NCBI GenBank assembly: GCA_965197745.1
Contig: CBDANS010000007.1
Coordinates: forward strand, 1,248,001-1,312,000
Origin: Opitutales bacterium
GTDB taxonomy: Bacteria; Verrucomicrobiota; Verrucomicrobiia; Opitutales; PNEW01
Reading direction: 5' to 3'
Length of the DNA: 64,000 bases
How positions within the stretch are numbered: position 1 is the stretch's first letter; every line of letters begins with the position of its first letter. The notes under the pieces were generated by a model. It made no database searches and was not told where the DNA came from. It saw nothing but the letters and a program-made list of their open reading frames with translations. Position numbers and translations under genes: made by a program. Below are positions 39,374 through 49,104 of this stretch, one piece after another.

Positions 39374-40951
39374 CTACAATGTAACTGCTTCAGTGCTTAC
39401 CGTTATTAAGGTACCATCGGCATTCACGAATGTAGCCATAATAATCTGTGTGGGTTGAGGTGTATTGTCTGACTTGAAGTTATTCTGTGAGATCAATGTT
39501 TCGAATCCCGGGGTTGTCGATCCACTTGGTGCGATGACGATGGCTGCTCCATTGCTCTGCAGAAGATCCCCTCCTGTTATTCTCAATCCCGGGTTGCCAG
39601 CCGGCACCGTGAATGATCCTGTTCCGAAAAGCAGGTAGGGCACCGTGTCTCCACTGGCATCGATGTCGCCCACCGTCAACCTTACCGCAATCGGGACTCC
39701 CTCGGCGGTGACACCTGTTCTCCCCGTGGTCGCAGAAAACACGGTGTTCGATAACTGCATCCCTCCGATCCCTGTCGAATTGATCACTTCTACCAGTGTC
39801 ACGTCCGCCTGGGCATCGTAAACTTCTCCTTCCGGGAATAACCCCTGGTTCACGGCGTTGATGCTACCGACGGTAAAGATGCTGAAAAAAGTGTTCGCGT
39901 CGGCACCTTCGATCACGACGCTGGGTCGTCCCGTTACATACTCTACTTGCTGGTTGTATTTCGCGGGTAGGGCTGGTGGGAGAAAAGTAGCAGGGTCGAG
40001 GTTGACGGTAAAAGTACCATTGCCGGAAAATTCAACCTGGACGATATCCTCCGATTCGTCGAGAAATGAGACCCGGGTGATCTGGTTTTCCCTGGCGCGC
40101 AGCTTTACGCTCTGGCCAGTGAGCAGAATCTGGTTAAAAATGTTTCCACTTGGGTGCATGATGTTTTCACCCACAACATCTCCTGATCCTTCAAGAACGA
40201 GATCGGATCCGACTGGAGTTTCACCGTCTGTTGAAAATTCAATTGTCAGTTTCGGTCGATTGTCGGCCATGTTGCTTTCACGGCTTAAAAATCTAATGGC
40301 CCCTCCAAATACTGATTCATCGACGATAAAAATCCATCCGAAGTTCTGTTCGGGGTTGAGCAACCAAGCTTGAACATCTGATACGAGGGTAGGGGAATTC
40401 CAAGTCAACAAAGCGGGAGCGACTTCTGTTATCGTCTGTATCGCGGAAGGGGTGGTTACATAATCACCGCCTGGAAAGTTCCAATCATCCGTATCGAAAA
40501 AATTATAATTCCAAGTGGCGTCACCCGGTTCGGGCAACTCACCCATACCTAATTCTACTTCAGAATTACCTGATTCTCCCCAGTCCTGATTTAAGCGATG
40601 TAATAAAGTATCTATGTCCGTCCCGTCTGATATTGGCCCGCGCCTGTCAAAAAATACAGATAGAGAAACATTTTCTATTACTGCTTCAGCAGGAACACTC
40701 CCCGCGAGATCAAATTGAATTAAAGCGCGACGCTTACCAAATGTGGTACCATCAATCGTTCTGCTTTGGGTGCTGCCAGAAAAGAGAAACCCTCGGCCAT
40801 TGCTGTTGTCGTTCTCTGAGAACAGGGTGTTATCTTTAGCGGGTTCCAGGGTTACAGTATCAGCCCATGATACAGGCATATACCCCAGGGTAAAAAACAA
40901 GGACAGAATACAATATAAGAGGTTGTAAATGGTAATTTTATGCGAATACAT
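39374..40951 (-). CDS. Secreted DNRLRE-like domain protein with conserved C-terminal domain (paralog 2)
   Basis: Colinear with 37543-39096; signal peptide ending SWA; start taken at ATG 40951. Confidence 0.75.
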   Translation of the reverse strand: MYSHKITIYNLLYCILSLFFTLGYMPVSWADTVTLEPAKDNTLFSENDNSNGRGFLFSGSTQSRTIDGTTFGKRRALIQFDLAGSVPAEAVIENVSLSVFFDRRGPISDGTDIDTLLHRLNQDWGESGNSEVELGMGELPEPGDATWNYNFFDTDDWNFPGGDYVTTPSAIQTITEVAPALLTWNSPTLVSDVQAWLLNPEQNFGWIFIVDESVFGGAIRFLSRESNMADNRPKLTIEFSTDGETPVGSDLVLEGSGDVVGENIMHPSGNIFNQILLTGQSVKLRARENQITRVSFLDESEDIVQVEFSGNGTFTVNLDPATFLPPALPAKYNQQVEYVTGRPSVVIEGADANTFFSIFTVGSINAVNQGLFPEGEVYDAQADVTLVEVINSTGIGGMQLSNTVFSATTGRTGVTAEGVPIAVRLTVGDIDASGDTVPYLLFGTGSFTVPAGNPGLRITGGDLLQSNGAAIVIAPSGSTTPGFETLISQNNFKSDNTPQPTQIIMATFVNADGTLITVSTEAVTL

Positions 40952-41080
40952 CGCTATAGCCTTTTTATCAAATAGAAAGAGTGACTGTTGATACAGGTAT
41001 TTAAAATACATGGAGTAACCGGAATGACAAAAAATTCCCCCATTCGTTAGGGTTATGAAAATAATTAAAAAACCTGTTGA

Positions 41081-42643
41081 TCAATCCTGAGGGTATAAAC
41101 CCCGGTCTTTAAGAATTTCATGAGCGGCATTATGGCCTGGGATTCCACTTACTTCTCCACCGGGATGCTGTCCGGCACCACACAAATACAACCCCTTTAT
41201 CGGTGCCCGGTAATGAGAGAGTTCGGGAAGGGGACGATTCCAAAACAAATGTTCACCGATATGCTGAATGTGCCAAATGCACCCATCGGTCAGGTTATTT
41301 TCTCTTTCTAAATCAAGCGGTGTTCGCAATACACAATTTTGAAGTGATCGTCGAAAATTAGGAGCGTGTTCATTTATGGTGTCGATTAAACTTTCTGTTA
41401 TTTCGTCACGGACATCATCCCACGAGCCCTCTTTTAATTTTGCCGGAGCGGGAAAAATCCAGATCGAGGCTGTCTCGTATCCCGGTTGAGTGAGACTTCT
41501 GTCCCCGTAGGATGGAAGATTAAAACTGATGACAGGACTTCGAGGAGGTCGCCCAGATTCCAGATCATCATAGGCAGCGTTAACGCAGTGACGCGACGAA
41601 TTAAGGCGCACCGCTCCTTGATGCAGGCGTTCTGTGTCGCCGTCCCAAACTTTCCACTGAGGTAATTCGTCGATCACCGCAAGCAGCTTCATGCAGCTTA
41701 CATGGGTGACGAGTTTTTCCAATCGACCACGCAAATTATTATCGATGCAGTCGGGCTTAATAAGGCGTAAAAAAGTTCTCTTGGGATCGAGGTTTGATAC
41801 TACTGTCGAGGTAACGATCTCTGTTCCATCAGAGAGGGTAACGCCTTCTACGGTTTGATTATTAATCAATATGTTTTCTACTTCGGAATTCAGATGAAGC
41901 ACGACACCCGCCTCCTGGGCTTGTTTGGCCAACAATCGACTTACTTCACCCATGCCCCCCTCGACATATCCCTTGGGTGGACTTTCAGCGGATTCCTCAT
42001 CCCTATCATCGATCGAATTATAAGCAAAATGGAGGGACAGCGGATTACGCCCGACATCAGCGCCTTCATGGGCGTGACTATCATGCTGAAATTTAGAAGG
42101 AAGGAATTCCTCCTGTAATTCCCAGGTGCGGGTGGTAAGTGCTTTCCGCAATACTCCTTCATCTTTGCGACCATTTATTCGAGCCATTACTTCATCATGG
42201 GTGGGAGGTGGTTGTAAGCGATAGGGAGCAAATATACTTCTCAGGTTTGTTTTAAAAGCACCGTATGCTTCTTCTCCTTTAATCTCATCTTTAGTAAGTC
42301 GCCTGGTTGCCAGTCGATTGTTCGGCGTGTCGAGATCGCCGGGGCCGAAATAAGTGCCGTCATTTTGCGGAAAAATTGTGGGTAATACCTCAACTAAATT
42401 CAACCCATCCTCTCGCAACCGGAAGTCGTGTATAATTTTTGGGTGAACCCCATGCATCAAATGAGCACAAGTTGAAAAACGATGCCCGGGCCATAATTCC
42501 TGGGTAATCGCTGCTCCACCGAAAAACGATCGACGCTCCAGAACATGGACATTTAATCCCGCTTTAGCTAAATAAGTTGCGGCGACCAAACCATTATGCC
42601 CCGCCCCGATTATAATGACATCACTGTTGTTTATTTTACTCAA
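41081..42643 (-). CDS. FAD-dependent oxidoreductase, phytoene dehydrogenase-like
   Basis: IGAGHNGLVAA, LERR..GG, GGMG, TPLDLE, GLYLCGAGQHPGGEVSGIPG. Confidence 0.88.
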   Translation of the reverse strand: MSKINNSDVIIIGAGHNGLVAATYLAKAGLNVHVLERRSFFGGAAITQELWPGHRFSTCAHLMHGVHPKIIHDFRLREDGLNLVEVLPTIFPQNDGTYFGPGDLDTPNNRLATRRLTKDEIKGEEAYGAFKTNLRSIFAPYRLQPPPTHDEVMARINGRKDEGVLRKALTTRTWELQEEFLPSKFQHDSHAHEGADVGRNPLSLHFAYNSIDDRDEESAESPPKGYVEGGMGEVSRLLAKQAQEAGVVLHLNSEVENILINNQTVEGVTLSDGTEIVTSTVVSNLDPKRTFLRLIKPDCIDNNLRGRLEKLVTHVSCMKLLAVIDELPQWKVWDGDTERLHQGAVRLNSSRHCVNAAYDDLESGRPPRSPVISFNLPSYGDRSLTQPGYETASIWIFPAPAKLKEGSWDDVRDEITESLIDTINEHAPNFRRSLQNCVLRTPLDLERENNLTDGCIWHIQHIGEHLFWNRPLPELSHYRAPIKGLYLCGAGQHPGGEVSGIPGHNAAHEILKDRGLYPQD

Positions 42644-42797
42644 CCGGGTTTAAGTCAGGGATGGATGGATGATTTGAACACGCTTATCTTGGTTTTCGAC
42701 AATGAATGGGGTAAAATTATATAAAAAGTATATTAGGACGAAGAGGCAGACAAAGACGAGGACGAAGATTGGTTGTCTATATACCATTCATCACTGT

Positions 42798-43538
42798 TCA
42801 CTGACCTTGAATTTTGTTAATCAGTCCGGCTAAATGATCATAATGTGAACCTTGCCAGTAAATATTCTCACAGCTTTCACAGCGTGCGAATGAATCGTAA
42901 TATTGCCTGGTTAATGGTTCCAGTTGGTTCAGGATCTCTGATTTATCAACGGGTTGCAGTAGCCCATTACAATTCAGACAATGGGAAAAGGGATTAATGG
43001 CGTTATCCAATCCAAATCGTTGAATAACTTCGAGGAGCTGATCTATGGGTTGGTCAGAGCGTGGGCAATACCCGTGACGGACAACTTTATGCATAAGAAG
43101 ACGACGGTCGCGAGTAAGAAGGGCGCGCTCTTCAGCTTGCATAATGTTCAATATTGCGGAGTCATCAGCATTTGCGGAGTAGGCAACATCAAAGCCAAGC
43201 AAGCGAAGGTAACGCGTTAGTTTTCCGAGATGGCCATCAGCGATGAAACGGTGATCATCTAATGGTCTTTTCTGTAAGTGACACGCGTTTTCAAAAGAAT
43301 GATCAGGGAGCACGGGGTAGACTTCAATTCTGTCTTCTTCCAAAAGATGGTAATGAAAATCAACCCCCATACCATTTATTAGAATAACGTCTACTTCAGG
43401 GTGAGGGACACCACATGATTCAATTAAATCTTTAATTGAAGTCGTACCCTTTAGGTAATAAGAGAATCGCTTATTATGATGATCGCGATTCAGAAAAACA
43501 TTCAACCCTTCATAAAATCTGAGCGTTACCTTCATCAT
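42798..43538 (-). CDS. Ubiquitin-like (MoaD/ThiS-type) domain + Mut7-C RNase domain protein
   Basis: IKDLIESCGVPHPEV; FIADGHLGKLTRYLRLLGFD, LLTRD, CxxC...CxxC YWQGSH; start taken at ATG 43538. Confidence 0.9.
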   Translation of the reverse strand: MMKVTLRFYEGLNVFLNRDHHNKRFSYYLKGTTSIKDLIESCGVPHPEVDVILINGMGVDFHYHLLEEDRIEVYPVLPDHSFENACHLQKRPLDDHRFIADGHLGKLTRYLRLLGFDVAYSANADDSAILNIMQAEERALLTRDRRLLMHKVVRHGYCPRSDQPIDQLLEVIQRFGLDNAINPFSHCLNCNGLLQPVDKSEILNQLEPLTRQYYDSFARCESCENIYWQGSHYDHLAGLINKIQGQ

Positions 43539-43567
43539 CTTATGCGCACTGATCATTCCTTGCGAAA
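43521..43567. repeat. 47-bp direct repeat, left copy
   Basis: gagcgttaccttcatcatcttatgcgcactgatcattccttgcgaaa; 45/47 identical to 47433-47479. Confidence 0.92.
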
Positions 43568-43730
43568 TCCTCAAAAGCTTTCATCTCCAAGGGAATCTAT
43601 CTTGCTGGCACCTTTGGGATGAATACAGTTGCAATAGTTTAAGCTGCAAGCAGTTATAATCCAAGCAAGTGACAAAAATATTTGCGATTACAAGTCCCGG
43701 ATAATTGTTAAAGAGACGGTAGGGTGAATA

Positions 43731-45653
43731 TTAAACGAGGGCAGCGTCGGCAATAATTTCTATTAATACTGGGCCAGACTTTTCAATAGCTTTTTCCAAT
43801 GCTCCATCAAGCTCTTCTTTTTTTGTTACCCTTATTCCCAGTGCTCCACATCCTTGAGCATACTCGGCGAATTTAGGATTCTGAAGATCCGTTTTCCATA
43901 CAGTGAACTGTCCGGCACGTTGTTCTTTTGATATTTTTCCCAATTCGAAGTTGTTTAATAAAACGATATTAATGTTCATATTGTATTTAACCGTTGTCAC
44001 TATTTCAGCGAGGTATTGACAAAGTCCTCCATCACCGCAGACCACCCAAACGGGGCGGTCGGGCGCTGCTGATATTGCCCCTAGCGCTGCGGGTAAACCA
44101 AATCCTATCGATCCGAGATAACCGCTCATGAGTATCGCTTGCTTGCCGCTCGCTTCGAAATAACGGCCGAAGGAGTAGGCATTATTTCCTACATCGACAG
44201 AAATGATGGCGTTGTCCTGGACATGGCGGTTTAGGGCATCAAAGATGGCCGCCGAACTAACTCCCTTCCCTCGGTCATCTTGCCAGCGGCGCTTCTTTTC
44301 CGTTCTCCAGATTTTCCAGCGCTCAGCCACTTCATCTTCAATCTTACCTTCAGGTTGGTAGTCCTTGAGCGCCTGTTTTAAAAGATTTACAGTGACACTG
44401 ATTTCACCCCATACAGGGATATCGATTTTATGGAATTTGGCCAATTGCATGGCTTCAAAATCAATTTGGATTAGTGGCGTTTTAGGCGTAATCCCTGTAT
44501 GCTTGGAGAATGAAGCTCCAATAACGACAAGCAGGTCACTTTCATTCATAAACCAGCTTGCTACAGGAGTCCCACTACGCCCAAGAACACCACCGGCAAG
44601 TGGATGTCGATCGGATATAATACCCTTACCCTTAAAAGTTGTGAGGACCGGTGCTTTCAGTTGATTAGCTAAATCAATAATGTCGGGCATATCAAAACGA
44701 GCACCATGTCCTACGATAATTACCGGTCGTTTACTATCACTGATTTTTTTAACTGCAGCGTCGAGTGACTCTTGAGGGGGTGCAATAGTCAGTGGAGTTA
44801 TCCGCCCTTCCGGATTCCCTGCCTCGGGTTCGATTCCGACTTCAATTTCCTGCACCTCATTGGGCAATATGATTGTGGCCACTTCACGTTTAAGGAGTGC
44901 GTTCTTTACAGCCAGATTGGTTAGTTCTGCATGCCGGCTTGTATGAAGCATTGTTTGTACCCAGGTGGAAACATCACTGAAAGCATTAGCGAGATCTATC
45001 TCCTGGAACGCGCCGGGGCCGAGAACCTGGGTATCCACCTGTCCCGTTAATGCGATTACCGGAGAGCGATCAACTTTCGCGTCGTAGAGACCGGTAAGGA
45101 GATTAGTGGCACCGGGTCCGGCAATCGTAAAACATGCTGCGGGTTTACCAGTAAGTTTTCCGTAGGCAGAACAGGCGAAAGCAGCGGCCCCTTCGTGACG
45201 AATGCCAATAAACTGAATATTACCTTTCTCTTCCTGACGGCGTAGCGCATCAGCCATGCCGAGATTAGAGTGTCCAACCATGCCGAATACGTGGCTGATG
45301 CCCCAATTGACTAAAGTTTCTGCGATCAAATCCGACACGGTGCGGACATTAGGCGCCTCTTCCTCGATTCCTACATAAATCCCATCTCTCCTCTCTTCAA
45401 TAGGGAATGCGTCAACCCCATCATCATAACCATCATCTGGAGATTTACCGGTTATAGGACAGTAATCCCAGCCGTGCCAGGGACAGCGGAGCAAACCATT
45501 TTCAATAGATCCTTCACCGAGAGGACCTCCCTGGTGAGGGCAGCGATTATCGAGAGCGCCATATTGCCCTTGGTAATGAGAGAGGGCGATACTGGTCTTG
45601 CCCGCCAATACTGTTGTCACGCGACCTTCGGGAAGGCCATCGGCATTCATCAC
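43731..45653 (-). CDS. Rieske [2Fe-2S] domain fused to TPP-dependent pyruvate oxidase-like enzyme
   Basis: CPH...CPWHGW Rieske ligands; RHE, GPGATN, GDGG...NN TPP motif. Confidence 0.9.
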   Translation of the reverse strand: MMNADGLPEGRVTTVLAGKTSIALSHYQGQYGALDNRCPHQGGPLGEGSIENGLLRCPWHGWDYCPITGKSPDDGYDDGVDAFPIEERRDGIYVGIEEEAPNVRTVSDLIAETLVNWGISHVFGMVGHSNLGMADALRRQEEKGNIQFIGIRHEGAAAFACSAYGKLTGKPAACFTIAGPGATNLLTGLYDAKVDRSPVIALTGQVDTQVLGPGAFQEIDLANAFSDVSTWVQTMLHTSRHAELTNLAVKNALLKREVATIILPNEVQEIEVGIEPEAGNPEGRITPLTIAPPQESLDAAVKKISDSKRPVIIVGHGARFDMPDIIDLANQLKAPVLTTFKGKGIISDRHPLAGGVLGRSGTPVASWFMNESDLLVVIGASFSKHTGITPKTPLIQIDFEAMQLAKFHKIDIPVWGEISVTVNLLKQALKDYQPEGKIEDEVAERWKIWRTEKKRRWQDDRGKGVSSAAIFDALNRHVQDNAIISVDVGNNAYSFGRYFEASGKQAILMSGYLGSIGFGLPAALGAISAAPDRPVWVVCGDGGLCQYLAEIVTTVKYNMNINIVLLNNFELGKISKEQRAGQFTVWKTDLQNPKFAEYAQGCGALGIRVTKKEELDGALEKAIEKSGPVLIEIIADAALV

Positions 45654-45761
45654 CTTGTACCAGACTAACTGCTTGCCGTCACCTTATGCCATCTTTGATT
45701 ATAATTAATTTGAGGATTGTTTCAAAGAGAAGCGAATGGGGGTGACTCTATTATCTCAGTT

Positions 45762-47387
45762 TCATCTTTCATGAGATAATGCCGTTACACCTGCATAGGG
45801 AATGCCTGTCAGGTAAGCCATGTCCCGATTAAAAGTGGAGAGATCGTCGATACATAACTGATTGAGATGATTGTGTCCGCAAGCGCGTGCCATCACTTTA
45901 AGTAGTTCGGTGCTCGCTTCAAAGAAGTTTTTTAGTTGAAGAGCGGATTTTTGAACATTGAGTCGTGCACGCAGATGATCTTTCTGTGTGGTTATACCAA
46001 CGGGACAATTATTGGTATGACAGGCACGCATCGCGATACAGCCAATGGCCTGAATAGCAGAATTTGCGAGCGCTATACCGTCAGCCCCTAATGCCATGGC
46101 TTTAATGAAGTCAGGTGCTGTGCGGAGGCCACCGGTAACAATGAGTGTAACTCCACGAGCTTCACGTTTATCCAGATGCCTGCGAGCACGAGCTAATGCC
46201 GGAATGGTTGGAACCGAGATATGATCGCGGAAGATAAGAGGAGCGGCACCGGTCGCGCCCCCACGACCATCGATAATAATGTAATCGGCATCGGCTGCGA
46301 GGGCGAAATCGATATCGTCTTCAATATGCTGCGCGCTCATTTTAAAACCGATGGGTATGCCATTTGAAATATCACGGACACGATTGCCGAATTTTCTGAA
46401 AGCTTCGACGGAATCGAGATCACGAAATCGCGGAGGTGAAATCGCCGGTGTCCCTTCAGGAAGGTCGCGAACCTGGGCAATACGGCTGCTGACTTTTCTA
46501 CCCGGTAGATGACCTCCTGTGCCGGTTTTTGCGCCTTGCCCACCTTTAAAGTGAAAAGCTTGGACCTTGCATAATAACTCATCTTTAAATCCAAACTTTG
46601 CGCTCGCTAATTCGTAAAGATAGCGGCTGTTTTCTTCCTGCTCCTCAGGTAGCATCCCTCCTTCCCCTGAGCATATTCCAACACCAGCCATTTCAGCACC
46701 TTTGGATAGTGAAATCTTAGCCTCTGCGGAGAGCGCACCAAAACTCATATCCGAGACAAACAGAGGGAGCTTCATAACAAGCGGTCGTTTAGCTCGTGGA
46801 CCTACCACAAGCTCGGTGCCCACTTCATCTTCATCAAAAAGAGGGAGGCATTTTAATTGTCCTGTTAATATCTGAATATCTTCCCATTTGGGTAGATCTG
46901 AACGAGGTACCCCCATTGCTGAAGTGGGACCGTGGTGTCCCGTCTTAGACAGGCCAAACTTGGCAAGTTCCTGGATTTCCTCAGTATAAGGTTCATAAGG
47001 TGTACCGTGAACATCGGCATAAAGGCCGAGGTAATCGTCGCGATTATAGGGTTGAGGATGCTCCTTTGCCCAGCTGGCAAGTTCATCAGCATCGACCAGC
47101 ACTTCATCATTTTCTATAAAAGTGGCAAACTTTTGTAGGGCTTCATCGTTATCGTATTCACTTACACCGGTGTCATAGCGATAGTCCCAATTGTGAACAG
47201 AGCAGACAAGATTCTGTCCATCGATATGTCCGTCTGAGAGTAACGCACCACGGTGGAGGCAGCGTCCGAAGAGGACCGAGACTTCATCACCATATTTGAT
47301 GAGCACAAGATCAACATTTTCTTCCAGGGCATAGGTAGGATTGAGTTCTTTAAGTTCAGAAAATATAGCAACTTTGGTCTTCCTCAT
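45762..47387 (-). CDS. Rieske domain fused to FMN-binding glutamate synthase (GltB2)-like domain
   Basis: CLH...CSVHNW; MSFGALS, SGEGG, GQGAKTG, DGRGG, CxxxxxCxxxxCPVG cluster motif. Confidence 0.9.
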   Translation of the reverse strand: MRKTKVAIFSELKELNPTYALEENVDLVLIKYGDEVSVLFGRCLHRGALLSDGHIDGQNLVCSVHNWDYRYDTGVSEYDNDEALQKFATFIENDEVLVDADELASWAKEHPQPYNRDDYLGLYADVHGTPYEPYTEEIQELAKFGLSKTGHHGPTSAMGVPRSDLPKWEDIQILTGQLKCLPLFDEDEVGTELVVGPRAKRPLVMKLPLFVSDMSFGALSAEAKISLSKGAEMAGVGICSGEGGMLPEEQEENSRYLYELASAKFGFKDELLCKVQAFHFKGGQGAKTGTGGHLPGRKVSSRIAQVRDLPEGTPAISPPRFRDLDSVEAFRKFGNRVRDISNGIPIGFKMSAQHIEDDIDFALAADADYIIIDGRGGATGAAPLIFRDHISVPTIPALARARRHLDKREARGVTLIVTGGLRTAPDFIKAMALGADGIALANSAIQAIGCIAMRACHTNNCPVGITTQKDHLRARLNVQKSALQLKNFFEASTELLKVMARACGHNHLNQLCIDDLSTFNRDMAYLTGIPYAGVTALSHER

Positions 47388-47432
47388 ATAAGTATATCCT
47401 GATAAACGTTAACGCATTTATGAACTTTAAGA

Positions 47433-47479
47433 GAGCGTTACCTTCATCATCTCATGCGCACTAATCATTCCTTGCGAAA
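47433..47479. repeat. 47-bp direct repeat, right copy
   Basis: gagcgttaccttcatcatctcatgcgcactaatcattccttgcgaaa; contains the PAC2 stop codon. Confidence 0.92.
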
Positions 47480-48394
47480 GAGGCTGAGGAAGCGGTCTTC
47501 GTAAAGGTCATAGAGATTCCAACGATCCAGTTCTTCCTTTAACTGGGACGCTTTTTCTTTTGAGCGTTTAATTTTTACTTCCCGAAAGAGGCGCTCGATT
47601 TTTTCCATCACGTATTGGGGGATTTTATCTTCTTCAATTTCTTCTTTGTCCTCGAACATTTCGCTGCTCGAAAAGGTCTTCTGAATTTTTTCTTCAATTT
47701 CAGTCATCGTCTGGCCCATCTGCTCGACGGCTTCATTGAGGTTAGTTAAATCGACGTGGATATTGAGGAGGGATTCTAATACGCGGATAATTTCCCGTGA
47801 GGCTTTAGGATTAGGAATATTTACGGCGTACTGGGGCATGGTAGCGAGAAAACAGGCAGCTTCGATGTCTCTGAGGCCGGCGAATCCGAGTAAAAGTCCG
47901 TTGAGCCCTGAGATCTGTCCCTGATCAAGAATTTCAACGTCATGGGGGATAAAGAGATCTTTTAAAGAATGCTTATTGGCTACTCCATAGACTTTGACCG
48001 GTTCTTTCTGGCTGATGGGCATGGCAAAAGCGGCCCCGGTATAAATTGTTTTCACTCCCAGTTCTTCAGCCAGGTCCAGCACCTGCTTCATTAAAACGAT
48101 TCCTCCTGCTCCTCCAATTTGAGCTTCACTTTCAAATATGATCAGGCTGGGGTCTGGTATATAATAAAAGGCATTGGATGGTATTTCAGGTAATTTAGCC
48201 AGACCCTCTTCTACGACTACGGATTCAGGAGTAAAATATTCACTCATATCCAATTCAGCAAAAGGCTTGGCCTTCAGTTTTCGACGAAGATAACTGATGG
48301 CCCCAGCGCCTACGCTTCCCATTCCCGGCCAACCTGCCAGGAGTACCGGGGATATGAGTTCATGCTTGATGCTCCGGAAGATCTTCAGATTCAT
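47465..48394 (-). CDS. PAC2 (proteasome assembly chaperone-like) family protein
   Basis: AGWPGMGSVG, EAQ, GQISGLNGLLLG, PNPKAS. Confidence 0.85.
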   Translation of the reverse strand: MNLKIFRSIKHELISPVLLAGWPGMGSVGAGAISYLRRKLKAKPFAELDMSEYFTPESVVVEEGLAKLPEIPSNAFYYIPDPSLIIFESEAQIGGAGGIVLMKQVLDLAEELGVKTIYTGAAFAMPISQKEPVKVYGVANKHSLKDLFIPHDVEILDQGQISGLNGLLLGFAGLRDIEAACFLATMPQYAVNIPNPKASREIIRVLESLLNIHVDLTNLNEAVEQMGQTMTEIEEKIQKTFSSSEMFEDKEEIEEDKIPQYVMEKIERLFREVKIKRSKEKASQLKEELDRWNLYDLYEDRFLSLFRKE

Positions 48395-48524
48395 TGATGA
48401 TCACCTTTTCTTTTTTCGCAACGGAGTGTGTGATTATGCGTCATTGAAAGAGGGCGCCAATGGGACGAAAGCGGTTAATCTTTTAGCAATAAATCACCCA
48501 TCGTTATATGAATTTCGAATATTA

Positions 48525-48924
48525 CTAGTCCTTCCAGTTGGTATATTTTTTCTTGCGAATGGAGAGCAGCGTGGATTCTTCCGTTGTGTCGACCAGTTTT
48601 TGAGTGGTGCGTTCCAATCTTGTTGCCAGAGTCTTGATTATTTTTAAGCCGATATCCGGATTGGCACTAATCATTTCTTTCATATCATCCTCTTTGATAT
48701 GGATAATCTTGCTCGGCTTCTTTGCCACCACCAAGCAGGTCCGTGGTTTTCCCAGAAAGTCGCCCATCTCTCCAAAAAAAGTGCCCGGGTGTATAGATCA
48801 CACTGAGCAAAACTTCATCTTTGATGACTTCGACCGCTCCGGATTGGAGAATAAAGAATCCTTGGCCTAGTTCTCCCTGATTAATAATTTTTTGGCCTCT
48901 TTGAACTTCAATGATCTCTTCCAT
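48525..48924 (-). pseudogene. Cyclic-nucleotide-binding domain protein split by a one-base frameshift
   Basis: ORF 48685-48924 gives IINQGE...FFILQSGAVEV; ORF 48525-48767 frame gives FGEM...PRTC...LATRL; junction at GGG/T7 near 48774-48786. Confidence 0.8.
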
Positions 48925-49104
48925 GTTTATTATGGTTCTTTAAGATTTTATTAGAAAAAGATATTGCAATCTCAGTTACGTTGACAACGAAATACCTTTT
49001 AGCAATCTGCAAAATGAGAATTTACCCAATTATTACTATAATTTAATTTTTTATTTGGAAAAAGATATCTGTATTTCTAATTATTATTTCGAAATATTCT
49101 AGGA

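Noticed and set aside
43539..43574. N-terminal extension of the Mut7-C ORF (MRISQGMISAHK)
   Set aside because: Derives largely from the duplicated PAC2 end and spacer; ATG 43538 is the better start
48391..48444. 17-aa minus-strand ORF (MTHNHTLRCEKRKGDHQ) overlapping the PAC2 start
   Set aside because: Easily arises by chance; no attenuator structure seen
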